Part shown: piece after piece, positions 55,356 through 64,000 of the stretch
Layout: each line of letters starts with the position of its first letter
Numbering within the stretch: the first letter of the stretch is position 1
Virus record (IMG/VR): IMGVR_UViG_3300035633_000651
Location: 45,678-109,677 of that record
Direction: 5' to 3' (one strand)
DNA: 64,000 nucleotides
Origin: a virus
Position numbers and translations under genes: made by a program
The notes under the pieces: model-generated
The model's database searches: none
What the model was told of the DNA's origin: nothing
What the model saw: only the letters and a program-made list of their open reading frames with translations

Positions 55356-55940
55356 CTAGTTAACCCTTCGACGCAATGCGTAAACGATCTCCGCGTCGGC
55401 GTTCACGATGCGGTTGTCATCCGACCGTGCGGTTCTGCCAAAGCGGGTGAAGTAGCAGCCTGTGTACTCGTAGACTCTCCGGCCCCCAAGGAGGCTGCCA
55501 ACGGGGGACCGCCAGATCGTGCGGAGCACGAAGGGGCGGGTTTGGTCAGCGAGGTTGACATATTCAAATCCCGTGCCAAACGCCTCTTCAATGGGCCGCT
55601 GGAACAGGTCGTAGCGCTGGATGCGAAGCGTGCGCTGCGTGGTGTTCTGGGGGATGAGGTCAACTGGAGCGTAGCCCTTGGCGTTGGCGTCGACCTCGAA
55701 CTCCTCGTTCACCTCGCGCGACTGGTCGTGGGTGAAGCCGTTCACCGCCCCCACGACGCGCCCGCCGGCCACTCGGATGAGGAGGGCGTGCGAGGTCCGC
55801 GTGCGGGTCCGCGGCACCTGCGACGCGAAGGCGTTGGGGTCGAGCGCGTCCGTGATGAACGTCGGGTCGACACCGAACAGGTCGAGCGCGGTGCGCGCTG
55901 CGTCTCCCCCAACGGGGTCGTTGATGAACGGCAGTGCCAT
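55356..55940 (-). CDS. Tail tube protein 2
   Basis: Paralogue of 55964-56482 (RT.TSH, QRYDL, Y.GC.FTR.GRT, DNRI.N). Confidence 0.8.
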   Translation of the reverse strand: MALPFINDPVGGDAARTALDLFGVDPTFITDALDPNAFASQVPRTRTRTSHALLIRVAGGRVVGAVNGFTHDQSREVNEEFEVDANAKGYAPVDLIPQNTTQRTLRIQRYDLFQRPIEEAFGTGFEYVNLADQTRPFVLRTIWRSPVGSLLGGRRVYEYTGCYFTRFGRTARSDDNRIVNADAEIVYALRRRVN

Positions 55941-55963
55941 GGGGCAGGGCCGCTACCCGAGCG

Positions 55964-56482
55964 TCAGCCGCTGACGGTGACGCGGGTACGGCAGGTGTAG
56001 ACGATCGTCGCGTTGACGTTGATGATCCGGTTGTCGGTGGTGGACAGGGTACGGCCGATGCGCGTGAACCAGCAGCCTTCGTACTGGATCGCGTAGCGGT
56101 CCTGCGCGGCCGGCGAGACCCAGCGCTCACGCAGCGTGAAGAGTCCCGTGACGTTCGGGTCGCCGGGGTCGTTCGAGAGCATGTCCAGCGAGGCGGTGCC
56201 AAACGCGCGCTCCATCTGACGCGAGTACAGGTCGTAGCGCTGAACCTGGATCGTCATGCCGGAGATGTTGCCGGGGACCATCTCGTAGGGCTGACCGAAG
56301 ACGCCGCCGAACGGACCGGTAAACGAGCCGAACTCGTGGACCGGGTTCACGTCGAGCTGCTGCTCGGGCTGCCACTGGTTGACGGCGCCGATGGGCACAC
56401 CGTTCGCGAGGATCACCAGCGGGTGGGAGGTCTGCGTCCGCGTGTTTGGCGGAACGACGTTGGTCTGAATGACGGTCGTCAT
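55964..56482 (-). CDS. Tail tube protein 1
   Basis: Follows the sheath; YEGCWFT motif. Confidence 0.8.
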   Translation of the reverse strand: MTTVIQTNVVPPNTRTQTSHPLVILANGVPIGAVNQWQPEQQLDVNPVHEFGSFTGPFGGVFGQPYEMVPGNISGMTIQVQRYDLYSRQMERAFGTASLDMLSNDPGDPNVTGLFTLRERWVSPAAQDRYAIQYEGCWFTRIGRTLSTTDNRIINVNATIVYTCRTRVTVSG

Positions 56483-56499
56483 GGGTCAATTCACCTGAG

Positions 56500-58983
56500 T
56501 TACGCGGCCTGCGCGAAGAAGGGGTTGTCCACCGAGTACTGGCCGAACAGCCGCAGGGCGGGGTACCGGAGGTTGAAGAAGAAGGAGAAGTTGTACTGCG
56601 TCGGGTCCGTCGGGCTCTGCTCCACGATGATGTCCTGGTTCAGGTCGATGGCCCGACGGTTGCCGTTCGGGTCGGTGTACGGCCCGATGGCGCCCTCGGC
56701 GACCGCACCAGTGAGCACGTTCGCGATGAACTGCTTGATGTCGATGATGAAGTCGGCGACGTCCACCGGCACGATGCCGACGACGTTCGCGTCCAGCGCC
56801 TGGCGAACCTGACGACTGATGTTGTCCTTCTGGACCGAAGTCGACCACTGCTCGAACTGGATGAGCCCGCCGCCGGCGCGCTCCGTCGAGATGGGGTCGA
56901 GCAGCAGGAACCGGCCCGCGTCGAAGGTGACGACCGTGACGCCGGCGCTCGCCAGCGCGGCGCGCTCCGAACGCACCCACGGGGTGAAGTCGTCCTCGTT
57001 GGCCCGGAAGCCTGCGACCGAGACACGCACCAGGGCGTCGGCCGGCGAGGCGAACGACGCGAGACGGCCGACGATGGCGCAGGCCAGGTAGGTCGAGTCC
57101 AGGGTGACAGTCTCGATGGAGCCGTCCTCCAGGAGCAGCTCCTTGCGGATGCCCTCGATGCCCGGAGGCGCGACCAGCATCAGGCGACCACGCGCCGGGG
57201 AGTCGGGCGCGACCTGCAGTGTACGGGCTGCGCGGAAGACCAGGGTGTCGGCGGTGTCGCGGTCTCCGATGGCCGTGTTGACCGGCATGCCGAAGTAGCC
57301 TCGGCGGAAGTTCTGCTCGATGGGGCCCGACTGGTCCTCGACGTGTTGGAGCAGGCGAACCTGGACGTCGAGGTCCGTGTCGAGCACGACGATGTCGGTT
57401 GCAACCGAACGGGTCGCCGCCGCGTCGAGCGAGGCCTGGATTTCGACGGGCGCCGGCGTGCCGGGGTTGGAAGCGTCGTCGACCTGGACGACCAGAATGG
57501 ACGGCGCACCGTTTCGGAAGATGATCTCCGAGCCGATGGACAGGGGGTTCGTGGCGGACAGTGGTCCAGTGAACTCCAATGCCTGGTCCAGCGTGAAGAA
57601 CTGGCGCGGGTTGTCGTAGTCGGCCGCGGGGCGCGTGAACTCGTAGGTCGCGAAGTACGTCGACCCGAGAGCAGGCGCTGCACCAGTGCCGTTGACGGTC
57701 AGGTTCTGCGTCGCGCCGAGCCCGAAGATTTCGGTGGTGGCGTCGAGCGTCGCAGGGTGACGGATGGTCACGGAGCCTGCGCTGCCTGCCGTGGGCGAGG
57801 TCAGGACGACGCGGTTGTTCGAGACCGAAGCGACGCCGCTGTAGGCGGGGCCGTAGGTGGTCGACGCACCGACCACCGCGTTGATGTTGGCAGCGACTTC
57901 CGCAGGCGTCGCAGCGCTCGGCGAGGCGGGCGAAGCGTAGCCGAGCGGCGCCGACCCGAGTCCGTTCAGGTCGATGTCGATCGTGGCGCGTCCGTCGAAG
58001 GCGAGGCGGAGGACGTCGTTCGACGAAAGGTCGAAGCCGAGCGTGCCGTCGACGCCCTGCGTGGTCGCAGCGACGAGCGCCGTGGACCAGTTGAGCACGC
58101 CCGCCGAGGGCACCGCGTAGTCGGTGGCCTGACGGAAGGTGGTGACACCCGGGAAGGCGCCGACGCGGATGAAGGTCTGCGCGCCAGCGTTCGCGACCGA
58201 GTCGGCGACGTCGTCCCGGTCGATGTAGTTGATGGTGTAGGCGGCGACGGCCGAGTCGAAGGCGACGTCGGAGATGCGAATCACCGTGGCCGACTGCAGG
58301 GCGGTGCCGAAGAGCGCCGCCGAGGCGTCCGTGGTGATGGCTGCCGCGATCGTGATGTTCGAGTTCACACCGCTGACGGGCGAGGTGAGGAGGATGCTGC
58401 CCGAGCTGTCCGAGGCGACGCTGGCGTAGTTGGACCCGTAGCCGAGCGCAGTGGCCGCGGCGAGGGCTGCGTTGATGCCGGCCGCGACTTCAGCGGCGGT
58501 CGCTGCAGCACCTGCGGTGCCCAGCGCAGTCGTGACGTCGATCTGGGTGCCGTTGATGGCGACCGCGGAAGCGCCGTCGGTGAGAGTGATGGTGACCGCC
58601 TGGCCCTGGTCCATCTGGAGGACGAAGGCGTTGTTGGTCGAGACGTCGAAGGTCTCCGAGGTGGTCCCGGTCAGCGTGGCTGCGGGGTAGCTGATGTCGT
58701 CGTCGCTCAGAGCCACGCCGTCAGCGAAGACCGTGGTCTCACCGACCCGACGCGTGCCTCGGCCTGCGAGCGTCGCGATGTGCGGGCTGGTCCCGGAGAC
58801 GGTGAGCGCCTCGCCGGACACGAGACCCCGAACGATGTCCTCGTTCACCGCCCGACGCACGCGGCTGCCGTTCGCGATCAGCGTGGGGAGGATGGGGAGC
58901 GTCTGGAGGTTCAGCGCGCCGGGCGCGATGACCTCCTGGATGTAAACCCCAGGGTCAACGTAGGTCGAAATCTGCAGCGCCAT
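56500..58983 (-). CDS. Contractile tail sheath protein
   Basis: PGVYIQE at the N-terminus; C-terminal DPTQYNFSFFFNLRYP. Confidence 0.9.
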   Translation of the reverse strand: MALQISTYVDPGVYIQEVIAPGALNLQTLPILPTLIANGSRVRRAVNEDIVRGLVSGEALTVSGTSPHIATLAGRGTRRVGETTVFADGVALSDDDISYPAATLTGTTSETFDVSTNNAFVLQMDQGQAVTITLTDGASAVAINGTQIDVTTALGTAGAAATAAEVAAGINAALAAATALGYGSNYASVASDSSGSILLTSPVSGVNSNITIAAAITTDASAALFGTALQSATVIRISDVAFDSAVAAYTINYIDRDDVADSVANAGAQTFIRVGAFPGVTTFRQATDYAVPSAGVLNWSTALVAATTQGVDGTLGFDLSSNDVLRLAFDGRATIDIDLNGLGSAPLGYASPASPSAATPAEVAANINAVVGASTTYGPAYSGVASVSNNRVVLTSPTAGSAGSVTIRHPATLDATTEIFGLGATQNLTVNGTGAAPALGSTYFATYEFTRPAADYDNPRQFFTLDQALEFTGPLSATNPLSIGSEIIFRNGAPSILVVQVDDASNPGTPAPVEIQASLDAAATRSVATDIVVLDTDLDVQVRLLQHVEDQSGPIEQNFRRGYFGMPVNTAIGDRDTADTLVFRAARTLQVAPDSPARGRLMLVAPPGIEGIRKELLLEDGSIETVTLDSTYLACAIVGRLASFASPADALVRVSVAGFRANEDDFTPWVRSERAALASAGVTVVTFDAGRFLLLDPISTERAGGGLIQFEQWSTSVQKDNISRQVRQALDANVVGIVPVDVADFIIDIKQFIANVLTGAVAEGAIGPYTDPNGNRRAIDLNQDIIVEQSPTDPTQYNFSFFFNLRYPALRLFGQYSVDNPFFAQAA

Positions 58984-59003
58984 TCAGCCGGGTCCTCGCC
59001 GAA

Positions 59004-59031
59004 ATAGTACGGTGAGGACGACCTCCGGGGC
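59004..59031 (-). promoter_or_regulatory. Putative late promoter (copy 2), upstream of the sheath gene
   Basis: GCCCCGGAG gtcgtcctca CCGTACTAT. Confidence 0.82.
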
Positions 59032-59042
59032 CGAGTCAGGGT

Positions 59043-60185
59043 TTACGAAGCCCCAGGAAGGTCCGGGTCTTCAGTCAGGATGTCGGTGGAGAGGATGAAG
59101 TTGCCGCCAGTCGAGGTGCGGACCGGGCGGTCGATGTACTGGTACGTCGTCACAGGGACCGTCACACGCTGCACGTGTGCCTTGTCCTTGCCAGACTGGG
59201 GCCGGTCGAAGGCTTGGAACTGCCCGACGGAGACCTCCTGGTGGAAGACGATGTGCCACCATTCTTGGGGGTCGTTGACGTCTTCATCGGTCCAGGTGCG
59301 ACCCTGCAGCTCGTAGAAGTCGCGCTCCAGCCAGAAGATGGCCCAGCCGTAGATCAGGTCGGTGAGTTCTCGGCGCGTGTTGACGTCAACGGAGAGCACG
59401 TCGATGTTCACGACGACCTCCGAGGCGAGGTGGTAGCGGTTCGCGGGCGGACGCGTGGTGTTGAAGACGTTGTCGGTCTGGCCTGCCGTGAAGCCGAGCA
59501 GGGTCAGGATGCCCGGCGTCGAGGTCCCGAGGACCTCGATGACGTTCGGGCGAACGTCCCCACCAGCCGGCCCGCCGCACTCGATGGCCACAGTGCCTTC
59601 AGCCGTCACGAAGGCGCGCGCGAAGAGTGCCTGCTCGTTGATGACCCGCACCACGTCTTGGACGGTGGCCTGCGTCCAGTCGGCGAATCGGCTCTGTCGC
59701 AGAATCACCTGCGACTCGACCCACACACCGCGGCGCTCAGGCTGCGTGCGGTACCGAAGCACGTACTCGGCCGGGACCACGCCCGTTGCCGTCGACAAGT
59801 CGAAGGGGCCGGTCGCAGACGCTTCGACGCGCGGTGGGTACTGCACCTGGTCAATGAGCGGGACGCCGATCGTCATGCGGCGGTTTCGCGCGGAGGCGGC
59901 CGTCACCGAGATATGCGGCAACCGCTCCAGGATGTCCGGGAACTCCTGCACGATCTCGACCGTCGTCAGGAAGGGGTCGTTGCCCGCGTCGAACCCGGCC
60001 TGGTACTTCTGGATGGTCGGCAGCTCTCGCAACCTGCCTTGCACCTGCTGCTGGTCGAAGAACGTGCGCAGTCCCAACACGAACGCGTCCTTCGTCGTCT
60101 CCAGAGGCTGGGCGAACTGAGGCGGGTCGTTCAGGTCAGCCGGCGTCGTGGGCCGGTACCGCTTGTCGAAGAGTTCGTCGCTCAT
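59043..60185 (-). CDS. Tail terminator/completion-like protein with an insertion
   Basis: EFP...LPHISV...NIDVLS...RRELTDLI; position in the operon. Confidence 0.6.
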   Translation of the reverse strand: MSDELFDKRYRPTTPADLNDPPQFAQPLETTKDAFVLGLRTFFDQQQVQGRLRELPTIQKYQAGFDAGNDPFLTTVEIVQEFPDILERLPHISVTAASARNRRMTIGVPLIDQVQYPPRVEASATGPFDLSTATGVVPAEYVLRYRTQPERRGVWVESQVILRQSRFADWTQATVQDVVRVINEQALFARAFVTAEGTVAIECGGPAGGDVRPNVIEVLGTSTPGILTLLGFTAGQTDNVFNTTRPPANRYHLASEVVVNIDVLSVDVNTRRELTDLIYGWAIFWLERDFYELQGRTWTDEDVNDPQEWWHIVFHQEVSVGQFQAFDRPQSGKDKAHVQRVTVPVTTYQYIDRPVRTSTGGNFILSTDILTEDPDLPGAS

Positions 60186-61450
60186 CAGAAGATGTCCGCG
60201 TAGGGAGGTTCATTGTCCTGCGCACGGCGCTCGTCGAAAGACTGGTGCGTGAAGGTGCCGAACTCCTCGTTCCACTTGAACGAGGAAAGGACGACGCGGT
60301 CGCCGGTCTTGATGCCGGTCGCGTGCTCGTAGAAGGGGTGCGGTCCCGGGGCCCGGTCGATGATGCGCGCCTGCGGCGTGTCGATGCCGATGCCGGTGTC
60401 GAAGAAGTCGAGCGGCATGGTCCAGCTGCGGTCGGTGAGCCACTCGACCAGCGTGCCGCGGCCCGTGTCAGACTGCGCCTGCTCGACCACCCAGGGACGG
60501 AGCACGAGGATCTGCCCAGGCTCCAAGCGTCCGCGGAGCGCGGTCAGCTGGGCGGTCCGGTAGCGGTCCGACTGGACGTGACGCGCTCGCACCGCGCTGA
60601 AGAACGACGAGGGCTGGTCGGTCGAGGTCCGCGTGATCGTGACGCGGAAGATGAGGAAGCCGTCGCCGGCCGGGGGCTGGACGCCCGAGCCCGTCAGGTG
60701 GAAGGTGGCGCCGGCGTCGAAGGAGTACTCGACGGTCACCGAGCCGCCCACGCCCCGCGTGTAGGTGTCGGTCGAGAAGGACCAGACGTCTCCGTTCGGA
60801 TTAGAGTACGGAATCGCCGCGGTCGTCAGGGTTCCGGTCAGCGCCGTGTCCACGAGGCGCAGATAGTTCGGCTTGAACTTCCGCTCTAGCTCCAGGTTGT
60901 TGAGCCCGGCCCCGTTGGTCGTCACGGCGGCGCCTGCCGGGACCAGCGTCGAGGGGTCCCAGGGCAGCGCAGAGAGCGCTCCAGGGACCGTCAGCGTGGC
61001 AGACAGCACTGAGCCCGTCGGTCCCACCAGGCCAGCAGAGAGGCCGCTGGAGGCCACGACGCCGCCCGTGAGCCCCGGGCTCAGGACCGCCCCCGTTGGG
61101 CCGACCAGGGACGCGCCCAGCACGTTGTTCAGCGGAACCAGAGAGTCGACCTGGGTCGCCGTGAAGAAGAGCGTCTCGTGCAAGAACCGTAGATAGCCCG
61201 GAACGAAGCCCGTGCCGTAGCACTCGGGGCACGGACGGTCGTTGGCCTGGTTGGTGTCCTTGCGGCAGGAGCACTCGATGCCCGAGGTCACAGGTTGGTA
61301 CAGGAAGACCGCCTGTCCGCGAGCGAGCAGCTTGTCCTGCAGCAGCGCACGGATCTTGGCCGGCGACTGTTCCTGCTCGATGCGCTCGTAGGGCGAGCGC
61401 CCCCAGTAGCCGACCGCCTTGGGGGAGCCTGGGACCTTGTTGCACGGCAC
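60185..61450 (-). CDS. Neck / head-closure-like protein with a Zn motif
   Basis: CSC...CPECYGTGF; position in the operon. Confidence 0.6.
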   Translation of the reverse strand: MPCNKVPGSPKAVGYWGRSPYERIEQEQSPAKIRALLQDKLLARGQAVFLYQPVTSGIECSCRKDTNQANDRPCPECYGTGFVPGYLRFLHETLFFTATQVDSLVPLNNVLGASLVGPTGAVLSPGLTGGVVASSGLSAGLVGPTGSVLSATLTVPGALSALPWDPSTLVPAGAAVTTNGAGLNNLELERKFKPNYLRLVDTALTGTLTTAAIPYSNPNGDVWSFSTDTYTRGVGGSVTVEYSFDAGATFHLTGSGVQPPAGDGFLIFRVTITRTSTDQPSSFFSAVRARHVQSDRYRTAQLTALRGRLEPGQILVLRPWVVEQAQSDTGRGTLVEWLTDRSWTMPLDFFDTGIGIDTPQARIIDRAPGPHPFYEHATGIKTGDRVVLSSFKWNEEFGTFTHQSFDERRAQDNEPPYADIF

Positions 61451-61452
61451 GG

Positions 61453-62517
61453 TCAGCTACCCCGGAAGAAGATGTTGCGGAAGAGCGCGCCGTTCGGCGC
61501 CGAGCTGATGAGCTGCGCGATCCGGAAGTTGGTGCCCGCCTGGATGTGGAGTGAGCCGGTCTGCACGAACTTGTACTTCATTCGCGGGATGAGCTTGTCG
61601 AGGCGTGCCGTGACCTGGTTCAGAACGTTCGCCAGCTGCGGCGCGTGCTGAATGACGAACGTGTTGCCCTGGTCCGAGTACTGCGGGATGTCCGTGTCGA
61701 TTGCGAAGAGCTGCTGCGACATCACGCCCGCGATCAGGCTCGACTCCAACAGCACGTACAAGAACTGCCGCGGGAATTGGTCGAGCGAGTTGAAGACCGG
61801 GTAGGGCTCGTAGGCGTTGATGATCGACAGCCCCTGGTCGAGGTACTGAAGCAGCTGCGTGTCGGTGTAGCCGAGAAAGCAAGACTCGTCGTCCACTGCC
61901 TTTCGGCACTTGTCGATGAGGTCGCGGAACGGCGGCAAGAAGGCCAGCGTATTGACCGTCGCGACGCACAGGTTCTGGACGACCGACTGCTGCTCTTGGC
62001 CGGGCGCGGAGGCCTGCCAAAGAAACCCGAAGAGACCGGGCATCGCCGTCTCGGTGTCCCCGCCCGGAGCCGCGACGTCGCCCCACTCGATGTAGTAGCG
62101 TCCGACGCCCTCACGCACGATGCGGGTGGGTTTTGTGGCCTGTGCGCCGGTCGCGCCTGCTGTGTGGGCCGCGGTCAAAACCAGGCTGGTCGCCCCGCTA
62201 ATGCTTTCTACCACACGCGTCTCCCCTCCAAAGGTCAGGGAGTCGCCGACGCGTACTTCCTCTGTGAAGCGCGTGTTGGTTCCGGTGACGAGGGTCTGCC
62301 CAGCGGTGACGGACACCGTACCCGTCAAGGTGAAGACCGGGAAGGCGTCCTTGTAGACGATGTTCGAGCCGAGGTCCTGGACGGTGAGGCGTGGGCCGGG
62401 CGCGGTCGCATCGACAAGCACCTCGGGCGACACGGAGTCGTCAAACACACGGATGTTAATCCGCTCCTGAGTGTTGACAATAGCCAGCTCCGAGGTGTTT
62501 GCGATGATCGTGGTCAC
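61453..62517 (-). CDS. Neck / head-tail adaptor-like protein
   Basis: YTDTQLLQYL...IN; N-terminal fibre-like beta insert. Confidence 0.6.
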   Translation of the reverse strand: MTTIIANTSELAIVNTQERINIRVFDDSVSPEVLVDATAPGPRLTVQDLGSNIVYKDAFPVFTLTGTVSVTAGQTLVTGTNTRFTEEVRVGDSLTFGGETRVVESISGATSLVLTAAHTAGATGAQATKPTRIVREGVGRYYIEWGDVAAPGGDTETAMPGLFGFLWQASAPGQEQQSVVQNLCVATVNTLAFLPPFRDLIDKCRKAVDDESCFLGYTDTQLLQYLDQGLSIINAYEPYPVFNSLDQFPRQFLYVLLESSLIAGVMSQQLFAIDTDIPQYSDQGNTFVIQHAPQLANVLNQVTARLDKLIPRMKYKFVQTGSLHIQAGTNFRIAQLISSAPNGALFRNIFFRGS

Positions 62518-62948
62518 TGGTTGCTCGCCCAGGCTCCCAACCCAACCAGGCCGCCGCCCACCAGGACGCCCAGACCGATCAGGAAGATGGGCTCCCGGAA
62601 GAGCCCCGAATTCCGCTTGACCTCCTCACTATACGCATCGAGCGCAGTGTCCGCCAGCTCGGCGTTGGACTGCGCGATGCCTTCGACCACCTGCAGCGAG
62701 GTCGTCGCCGTGCGGATCTGCTGAAGCTGTAGGTTGATGACGCGCTCTTGGTCTCGAACGACAGCGGTGAGCGTCGCGGTGCGCGTGAGTTCAAAGAGGA
62801 TGCGGTCTGCGTCCGAGCGCGGGAACCAGACGCCGGGCTCTCCGTCGACGGTGACAGGCTTGGAGCGTAGGGGCTCCTGCGCGAGCACGGGCGCGGACGC
62901 GAGCAGCAGGCTACAGAGAAATGCGGTTGAAGCGTGCAGAAATTTCAT
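62514..62948 (-). CDS. Signal peptide + coiled coil + C-terminal TM protein, possibly spanin-like
   Basis: Topology inferred from sequence. Confidence 0.55.
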   Translation of the reverse strand: MKFLHASTAFLCSLLLASAPVLAQEPLRSKPVTVDGEPGVWFPRSDADRILFELTRTATLTAVVRDQERVINLQLQQIRTATTSLQVVEGIAQSNAELADTALDAYSEEVKRNSGLFREPIFLIGLGVLVGGGLVGLGAWASNQ

Positions 62949-63231
62949 CGGCGGTCAGTCCCTTGTCTGCATAGGATTCTTCGAGACGCCGCTTCTTCTC
63001 GTCAAGCTCGCCGGTGATCTTCTTGATCTCGGCCTCGTTGCCGCGGAAATCGTCCAGCAGCTCGCCCAGGCGCTCGCGCTTCGCTTCGACGTCGCGCTTG
63101 TGCCACTCGACCATCATGTCGACGGAAGCCTTCAAGGCGTCGGAGCGGCGCCCCTGCACGTAGTACCAGACCACGACAAGGGCACCCGCGCCGACCGCGA
63201 GGCCGGCCAGGAGCCAACCCCACCACTTCAT
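62911..63231 (-). CDS. N-terminal TM + coiled-coil protein, i-spanin-like
   Basis: Topology inferred from sequence. Confidence 0.55.
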   Translation of the reverse strand: MKWWGWLLAGLAVGAGALVVVWYYVQGRRSDALKASVDMMVEWHKRDVEAKRERLGELLDDFRGNEAEIKKITGELDEKKRRLEESYADKGLTADEISARFNRISL

Positions 63232-63235
63232 GGCG

Positions 63236-63646
63236 TCAGTCCGAGGCTTCCTGGATGAGCTTCTGGACGAAGCCCGACGACAGGCCGGCCATCACGCCGG
63301 CGATGACCGCGGCGAGGACGGAGGCGCCTGCCATGGCCGAGCCGACACCAGCGGCCGCACCAACGAGGAGCAGCATCAGCAGGGGGCGGACCCAGTCGAG
63401 CCTGGTCTCGGGTCCGAGGGCGGCCTTGATGGGGCCGAAGTTCAGGGCCACCATGCCGGCCGCAAAGATGGCCGCGAGGCCTGCGAGCAGTCCGCCGTTG
63501 CTGAAAGCTTCGACGATGGAGGGGATGGTGCCGACCAGGTCCTCCAGGGAGGCGTCAGCGGCGGTCGAGGTGGCCGTACCCATGTCCTGAGCGAACACGA
63601 CCAAGGGGACGAACATCAGTGTGACGAGGGCGTAGAAGGTCTTCAT
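63236..63646 (-). CDS. Multi-TM membrane protein, holin-like
   Basis: Signal-like N-terminus and about 3 TMs; first gene after a late-promoter motif. Confidence 0.55.
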   Translation of the reverse strand: MKTFYALVTLMFVPLVVFAQDMGTATSTAADASLEDLVGTIPSIVEAFSNGGLLAGLAAIFAAGMVALNFGPIKAALGPETRLDWVRPLLMLLLVGAAAGVGSAMAGASVLAAVIAGVMAGLSSGFVQKLIQEASD

Positions 63647-63657
63647 GGCTCACCGGC

Positions 63658-63685
63658 ATAGTACGGCGAGCAAGACCTCCGGGGC
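63658..63685 (-). promoter_or_regulatory. Putative late promoter (copy 3)
   Basis: GCCCCGGAG gtcttgctcg CCGTACTAT. Confidence 0.82.
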
Positions 63686-63688
63686 CGG

Positions 63689-64000
63689 TCAGGGGGTGAA
63701 CCCGCCCTGACCGAAGTAGTGACCCTCTACTGTTCCGGTGATGGTCCCTGCGGTCGGTGTGGGGTCGAATGACACCCGCACCTCCCCAGGGTTGTAGTCG
63801 AGGGTCGCCACGGCCAGGGTATCTGCCGACACGGCAGTCGCGGCTCCGATGTCGGCGTAGGTGCCGTCGAGTCGCTTCTGCTGAAGCTGCAGCGAGCCCG
63901 CCACATCGACGAGAATGCTCACGGCGAGGCCGATGGCGCCCGGCGCCAACGCGAAGTCTGCAGAGCATAACTCCGAGCTGGTGCCGAGTGCGACGGCATC
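63689..64000 (-). CDS. 5'-truncated beta-rich protein
   Basis: Frame is open to the window end. Confidence 0.55.
   Translation of the reverse strand, partial: DAVALGTSSELCSADFALAPGAIGLAVSILVDVAGSLQLQQKRLDGTYADIGAATAVSADTLAVATLDYNPGEVRVSFDPTPTAGTITGTVEGHYFGQGGFTP

Noticed and set aside
45738-58983. Extracellular contractile injection system or tailocin rather than a phage
   Set aside because: Neck-like genes, the frameshifted chaperone with tape measure, and a phage-type early region sharing a late motif across both arms favour a phage.

Overview
A 64 kb, high-GC segment of a large contractile-tailed phage (myovirus-like). I found no integrase, capsid, terminase, polymerase, tRNA or CRISPR array in the window, so host and lifestyle are unresolved. 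Layout: (1) 1-6081, minus strand, late-type genes (a large truncated multidomain protein missing from the ORF track, LamG protein, PPase-like protein). (2) 6198-23714, mostly plus strand, early accessory genes: DUF2786, RHH+HTH regulator, PNK-like kinase, GHKL ATPase-HEXXH, Rnl2-like RNA ligase, ClpP, NDT-like, Ro60/TROVE and a pseudo-matrixin lipoprotein. (3) A structured repeat element where the strands converge (23675-23920). (4) 23845-28899, minus strand: a divergent sigma factor, stand-alone WYL, SH3b and M15 endolysin. (5) 28904-64000, minus strand: fibre/baseplate, tape measure, frameshifted tail chaperone, two tubes, sheath, neck and lysis-like membrane genes. The strongest signal read directly from the DNA is a layered regulatory code. 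Six leaderless sigma70-type promoters each embed the dyad ACA-N4-CCGG-N4-TGT. A second 12-bp box, GTTGACATC(C/G)TC, occurs in pairs at promoters. A late-promoter motif, GCCCCGGAG-N10-CCGTACTAT, occurs three times and is a plausible target of the phage sigma factor. The second highlight is a phage Ro60 with a switch-like leader, a nearby 125-nt structured element and dispersed RNA-repair-type genes. All family assignments are by eye from motifs; no searches were run.
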